A stretch of DNA of 27,941 nt. Origin: Candidatus Iainarchaeum sp. Lineage in GTDB: Archaea; Iainarchaeota; Iainarchaeia; Iainarchaeales; GCA-2688035. Below, piece by piece: positions 23,331 to 27,941 of the stretch (position 1 is the stretch's first letter; the number at the start of each line of letters is the position of its first letter). Both the position numbers and the translations under genes were made by a program. The stretch spans positions 1-27,941 of the forward strand of contig JAQTNI010000015.1 in NCBI GenBank assembly GCA_028713935.1. Direction: 5' to 3'. Under the pieces are notes generated by a model. That model was not told where the DNA came from. It did no database searches and saw only the letters and a program-made list of their open reading frames with translations.

Positions 23331-23972
23331 TTATCTTCTCCTTCTTGCTTTTACTGGCTTTCTGACTGAAGACCCGATTTTGCGCATTTGTAAACGCAAT
23401 CTCCGATGTAGGGCTCTGTTGGCCGTGCGGCGTTTACCATAAAGAGATGGGCTCCCCAGCCTTGTTGCCCCGAGAAAGTCTAGTTTTGCTTCTCTTGTTT
23501 TATTTGTGTATGATGCAGATGCAAGCAAAGCCCCCAAAGAAAGCTTTGCAAATCCAATTTGTTCAAAGATTTTTTTAACGCAGCTGATGCTCATTCCACT
23601 GTCAGTCCATTCTGTTAGAAGCAAAACTTTTTGTCCCTTGCTTTGCATTAAACTTGGCATTGCTATTGAAAGTTCTTTTTCTAATCCAGAATAATCAAAA
23701 GTTCTAAGTCGCTTGTCAGTTAGGTAATCTGTTGGGGAATAATCCAAATCCATTCCGGCAAATTTTTTTACCCTGTTTCCGATTGCAAACATTCTTGGCA
23801 ATGGCTTGCCAGGGTTTAAATTTGCCCATGCAGGTTTCAGCAAGTCCGCAATAGGCCTTGCGCTTCTCCCCTCAAGAATTATAAATCCAATTTTTTCCCT
23901 TTTTATAAAACCAATTAATTTTCTTGTCGCAGCCTGCAGTTGCTCTGTTTCTATCTCAGAATCCGATGGCAT
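23331..23972 (-). CDS. Arg-rich hypothetical protein (213 aa) with a phosphoribosyltransferase-like core and a highly basic C-terminal tail
   Basis: The ATG at 23972 lies 20 nt after the pyrI stop; the track start at 24050 would overlap pyrI. GFIILEGRSARPIADLL and KVLLLTEWTDSGMSISCVKKIFEQIGF resemble the type I PRT strand-loop-helix elements, with a degenerate PRPP motif. The tail is GKRRTANRALHRRLRLQMRKIGSSVRKPVKARRRR. Confidence 0.55.
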   Translation of the reverse strand: MPSDSEIETEQLQAATRKLIGFIKREKIGFIILEGRSARPIADLLKPAWANLNPGKPLPRMFAIGNRVKKFAGMDLDYSPTDYLTDKRLRTFDYSGLEKELSIAMPSLMQSKGQKVLLLTEWTDSGMSISCVKKIFEQIGFAKLSLGALLASASYTNKTREAKLDFLGATRLGSPSLYGKRRTANRALHRRLRLQMRKIGSSVRKPVKARRRR

Positions 23973-23992
23973 AAAAAATTCCTGCAAACAGT

Positions 23993-25407
<1,415 letters not shown>

Positions 25408-25413
25408 TTAAAA

Positions 25414-27941
25414 TTATGCACTGTTCAGGTATTCTTCCCAGTGCTTTATTTCAAAGTCTTCACACTGTATTTTTTCAATGCTTCTTACAAGCAATTTTGC
25501 CATTTGCTTGTTTGTGACAAGGGGCACGCAATAATCAATGGCAGCCCTTCTCAGGGGATATTGTTTTTCAAGCTGTTTCCTGTCAAGCTCCTGTGCAATG
25601 CAGATAACAAGCCCGATTTTTCCTGCCCTGCACATGTCAACAGTGTTTGGGTGTTTTTTTTCATGGCTTTTGAAAACCTTTTTGCTTTCAATTCCGTTTT
25701 TTGAAAGAAATTCCCTTGTGTGCTCTGTTGCAAAAAGCGGGAATTTTTTTGCAAGAACCCTTGCTTCTTCAATAAAATCCTTCCTGTTTTCTTCCCCGCT
25801 AATGCTTATCAAAATATTCTTGCAGGGCAATGAAAACCCGGTTGCAATAAGGCTTTTCAAAAAAGCATCTTCAAGGTTGGAAGAAAGGCAGGCAACCTCC
25901 CCAGTTGAAGCCATTTCCACTCCTAACAAAGGGTCTGCGCCTTTCAGCCTGCCAAAGGAAAACTGTGGAGCCTTTACTCCCAGGTATTTTGATTCGGAAT
26001 TTTTTTCTTCAGGCAAAATTTTTTCCAGCATTATTGCTTTTGTTGCAATTTCAATAAAATTTTTCCCGGTCACTTTTGAAACAAAGGGAAAGCTCCTGCT
26101 CGCCCTCAGATTGCATTCAATTACCTTGACTTCATTCTGCTTTGCAATAAACTGAATATTAAAAGGGCCAGTAATGCATAATTCAGACGCAACTTTTTTT
26201 GCTATTTCAAGCGCCTTGATTGCTGTTGCGGGATAGGTTTTCTGCGTTGGCAAAACAATTGTGGCATCCCCGCTATGAACCCCTGCATTTTCCACATGCT
26301 CGCTCAATGCAAAAACCAGGATTTTTCCCAGCTGTGCAACCGCATCAATTTCTATTTCCCTTGCATTTGCAATAAATTTGCTTATCACCACTGGATGTTC
26401 GGGAGAAACTTCTGTTGCCTTTCCAAGGTATGCAACCAGGTCTTTTTCATTGAAAGCAACTCCCATTGCGCTTCCGCTCAAAACATAGCTTGGCCTTATC
26501 AGGACAGGGAAGCCTGTTTTTTTTGCAAATTCAATTGCCTCTTTTTCTTTTGCAAGCTCTTTCCATTCTGGCTGGTCAATTCCAAGCGAATCGCACAAGG
26601 CACTGAACAAGTGCCTGTTTTCAGTTTTGTCAATGCTCTCAGGGCTTGTTCCCAGTATTTTCGCGCCAGCCTTGTGAAGTTTCAATGCAATGTTATTTGG
26701 GATTTGCCCTCCGCTGCTGATTATTATTCCTTCGGGCTGTTCTTTTTCATAAATGTCAAGGACTCTTTCAAGGCTGAGTTCCTCAAAATAAAGCCTGTCA
26801 CAGGAATCATAATCAGTGCTGACTGTTTCGGGATTTGAATTGACCATTATTGTGCCAAAACCAATTTGCTTCAATGTTTTTATTGATGTAACTGCGCACC
26901 AGTCAAATTCAACACTGCTCCCAATGCTGTAAGGCCCGCTTCCAAGCACCATTGCCTGTTTTTTGCTTTCAAAGCCAACATCATTTTCAATGCCATTGTA
27001 AGTCATGTAAAGATAATTTGTCTGCGCTGGAAATTCAGCTGCAAGCGTGTCAATCTGCTTTACAAAAGGCGTTATTCCAAACCCTTTCCTTTTTTCCCTT
27101 ACTGCAAGTTCATCTTCCGCACCTGAAAGAATAGCTATCTGCTTGTCACTGAAGCCTGTTTGTTTTGCCCTTAACATTGTTTCTTTTTCCATTTCACTGA
27201 TTTTTTTTCCGCTGATTTCCTCTGTTGTTTCAACAATTTTTTTTATTTTGTAAAGAAACCATTTGTCTATCTTGCTAAGGGAACAGATTTTTTCAATGCC
27301 CATTCCCTGCCTTAAGCCTTCCACTATTGCAAAAAGCCTTTCATCAGTGGGATTTGCTATTTTTTGGCTTATTTCCTGGATTTCAATCTTGTTGCCTGCA
27401 AGGCCATACATTCCAATGTTCAGCATCCTGACAGCCTTCTGGATTGCTTCTTCAAAAGTCCTGCCAATTGCCATTACTTCTCCCACACTTTTCATTTCAG
27501 TGCCTATCAGCTTGCTGACTTTTTTGAATTTTTTTAAATCCCACCTTGGAATTTTTACAACAATATAATCAAGCGCAGGCTCAAAACAAGCCATTGTTTT
27601 TTTTGTAACAGAGTTCTGCAAATCCATAAGATTTTGGCCAAGACCAAGCTTTGCGGCAATAAATGCAAGAGGATAACCCGTTGCCTTTGAAGCAAGAGCA
27701 CTGCTCCTGCTCAGCCTTGCATTCACTTCAATAACCCTATAATCAGTGCTTTTTTGGTCAAGAGCAAACTGGATATTGCATTCCCCAATTATTCCAAAAT
27801 GCCTTATTGTTTTTATTGCAATTTCCCTGAGCAAATGATATTCCTTGTTTGAAAGAGTCTGGCTTGGCGCAACAAAAATGCTCTCGCCAGTGTGAATCCC
27901 CAAAGGGTCAAAATTTTCCATGTTGCAGACAGCAATGCAAT
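25414..27941 (-). CDS. carB: Carbamoyl-phosphate synthase large subunit; the 5' end lies beyond the right edge of the window
   Basis: The frame stays open past the track Met (..CIAVCNMENFDPLGIHTGESI, a conserved CarB block) to position 27941. The protein contains the second ATP-grasp half, the oligomerisation domain and the MGS-like C-terminal domain. Confidence 0.95.
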   Translation of the reverse strand, partial: CIAVCNMENFDPLGIHTGESIFVAPSQTLSNKEYHLLREIAIKTIRHFGIIGECNIQFALDQKSTDYRVIEVNARLSRSSALASKATGYPLAFIAAKLGLGQNLMDLQNSVTKKTMACFEPALDYIVVKIPRWDLKKFKKVSKLIGTEMKSVGEVMAIGRTFEEAIQKAVRMLNIGMYGLAGNKIEIQEISQKIANPTDERLFAIVEGLRQGMGIEKICSLSKIDKWFLYKIKKIVETTEEISGKKISEMEKETMLRAKQTGFSDKQIAILSGAEDELAVREKRKGFGITPFVKQIDTLAAEFPAQTNYLYMTYNGIENDVGFESKKQAMVLGSGPYSIGSSVEFDWCAVTSIKTLKQIGFGTIMVNSNPETVSTDYDSCDRLYFEELSLERVLDIYEKEQPEGIIISSGGQIPNNIALKLHKAGAKILGTSPESIDKTENRHLFSALCDSLGIDQPEWKELAKEKEAIEFAKKTGFPVLIRPSYVLSGSAMGVAFNEKDLVAYLGKATEVSPEHPVVISKFIANAREIEIDAVAQLGKILVFALSEHVENAGVHSGDATIVLPTQKTYPATAIKALEIAKKVASELCITGPFNIQFIAKQNEVKVIECNLRASRSFPFVSKVTGKNFIEIATKAIMLEKILPEEKNSESKYLGVKAPQFSFGRLKGADPLLGVEMASTGEVACLSSNLEDAFLKSLIATGFSLPCKNILISISGEENRKDFIEEARVLAKKFPLFATEHTREFLSKNGIESKKVFKSHEKKHPNTVDMCRAGKIGLVICIAQELDRKQLEKQYPLRRAAIDYCVPLVTNKQMAKLLVRSIEKIQCEDFEIKHWEEYLNSA

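Noticed and set aside
17493-23972. Interpreting the Arg-rich ORFs as recent mobile-element or prophage insertions
   Set aside because: I saw no integrase, transposase, flanking direct or inverted repeats, or tRNA target. The ORFs share start-stop overlaps and embedded SD sequences with the pyr genes, which argues for long-standing integration into the operon.

Overview
The window is an AT-rich archaeal chromosome segment. The markers are TATA-box binding protein, ribosomal protein L21e, RNA polymerase subunit Rpo4/RpoF, DUF655, KsgA/Dim1, an archaeal-type 5S rRNA, an STT3/AglB-like oligosaccharyltransferase and an archaeal-type AMP phosphorylase. Proteins are Lys-rich, genes are tightly packed and many are preceded by GGTG/GGAGG-type SD motifs. 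This suggests a small-genome, possibly DPANN-like archaeon, but that is inference only.

Layout:
- 1-5745: cell-surface and glycosylation neighbourhood (AglB fragment, glutaredoxin-like protein, Ogg, PGI/PMI, three secreted or membrane proteins).
- 5929-6045: orphan 5S rRNA.
- 6094-8200: retropepsin-like protease with a small partner, TBP and a VapBC-like pair.
- 8346-14891: the conserved L21e-RpoF-DUF655 ... KsgA cluster, interrupted by LemA-HtpX, a radical-SAM/P-loop-kinase fusion and a divergently transcribed degenerate TyrRS-like protein with a wHTH domain.
- 14892-27941: one long minus-strand operon, carB-pyrB-pyrI-X-pyrD-pyrK-X-pyrC-X-X-pyrE-X-pyrF-X-AMP phosphorylase. The X genes are unrecognised ORFs; five of the six are strongly Arg-rich and several are translationally coupled to the pyr genes.

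The most interesting signals are:
- the interleaved Arg-rich ORF set in the pyr operon, including a PRTase-like and a kinase-like member;
- the radical-SAM-kinase fusion paired with a dead-aaRS/wHTH protein;
- a single in-frame TGA splitting the AMP phosphorylase gene.

I saw no CRISPR array, transposase, integrase or tRNA. All homology calls come from motif recognition by eye and from remembered sequences. No searches were run.
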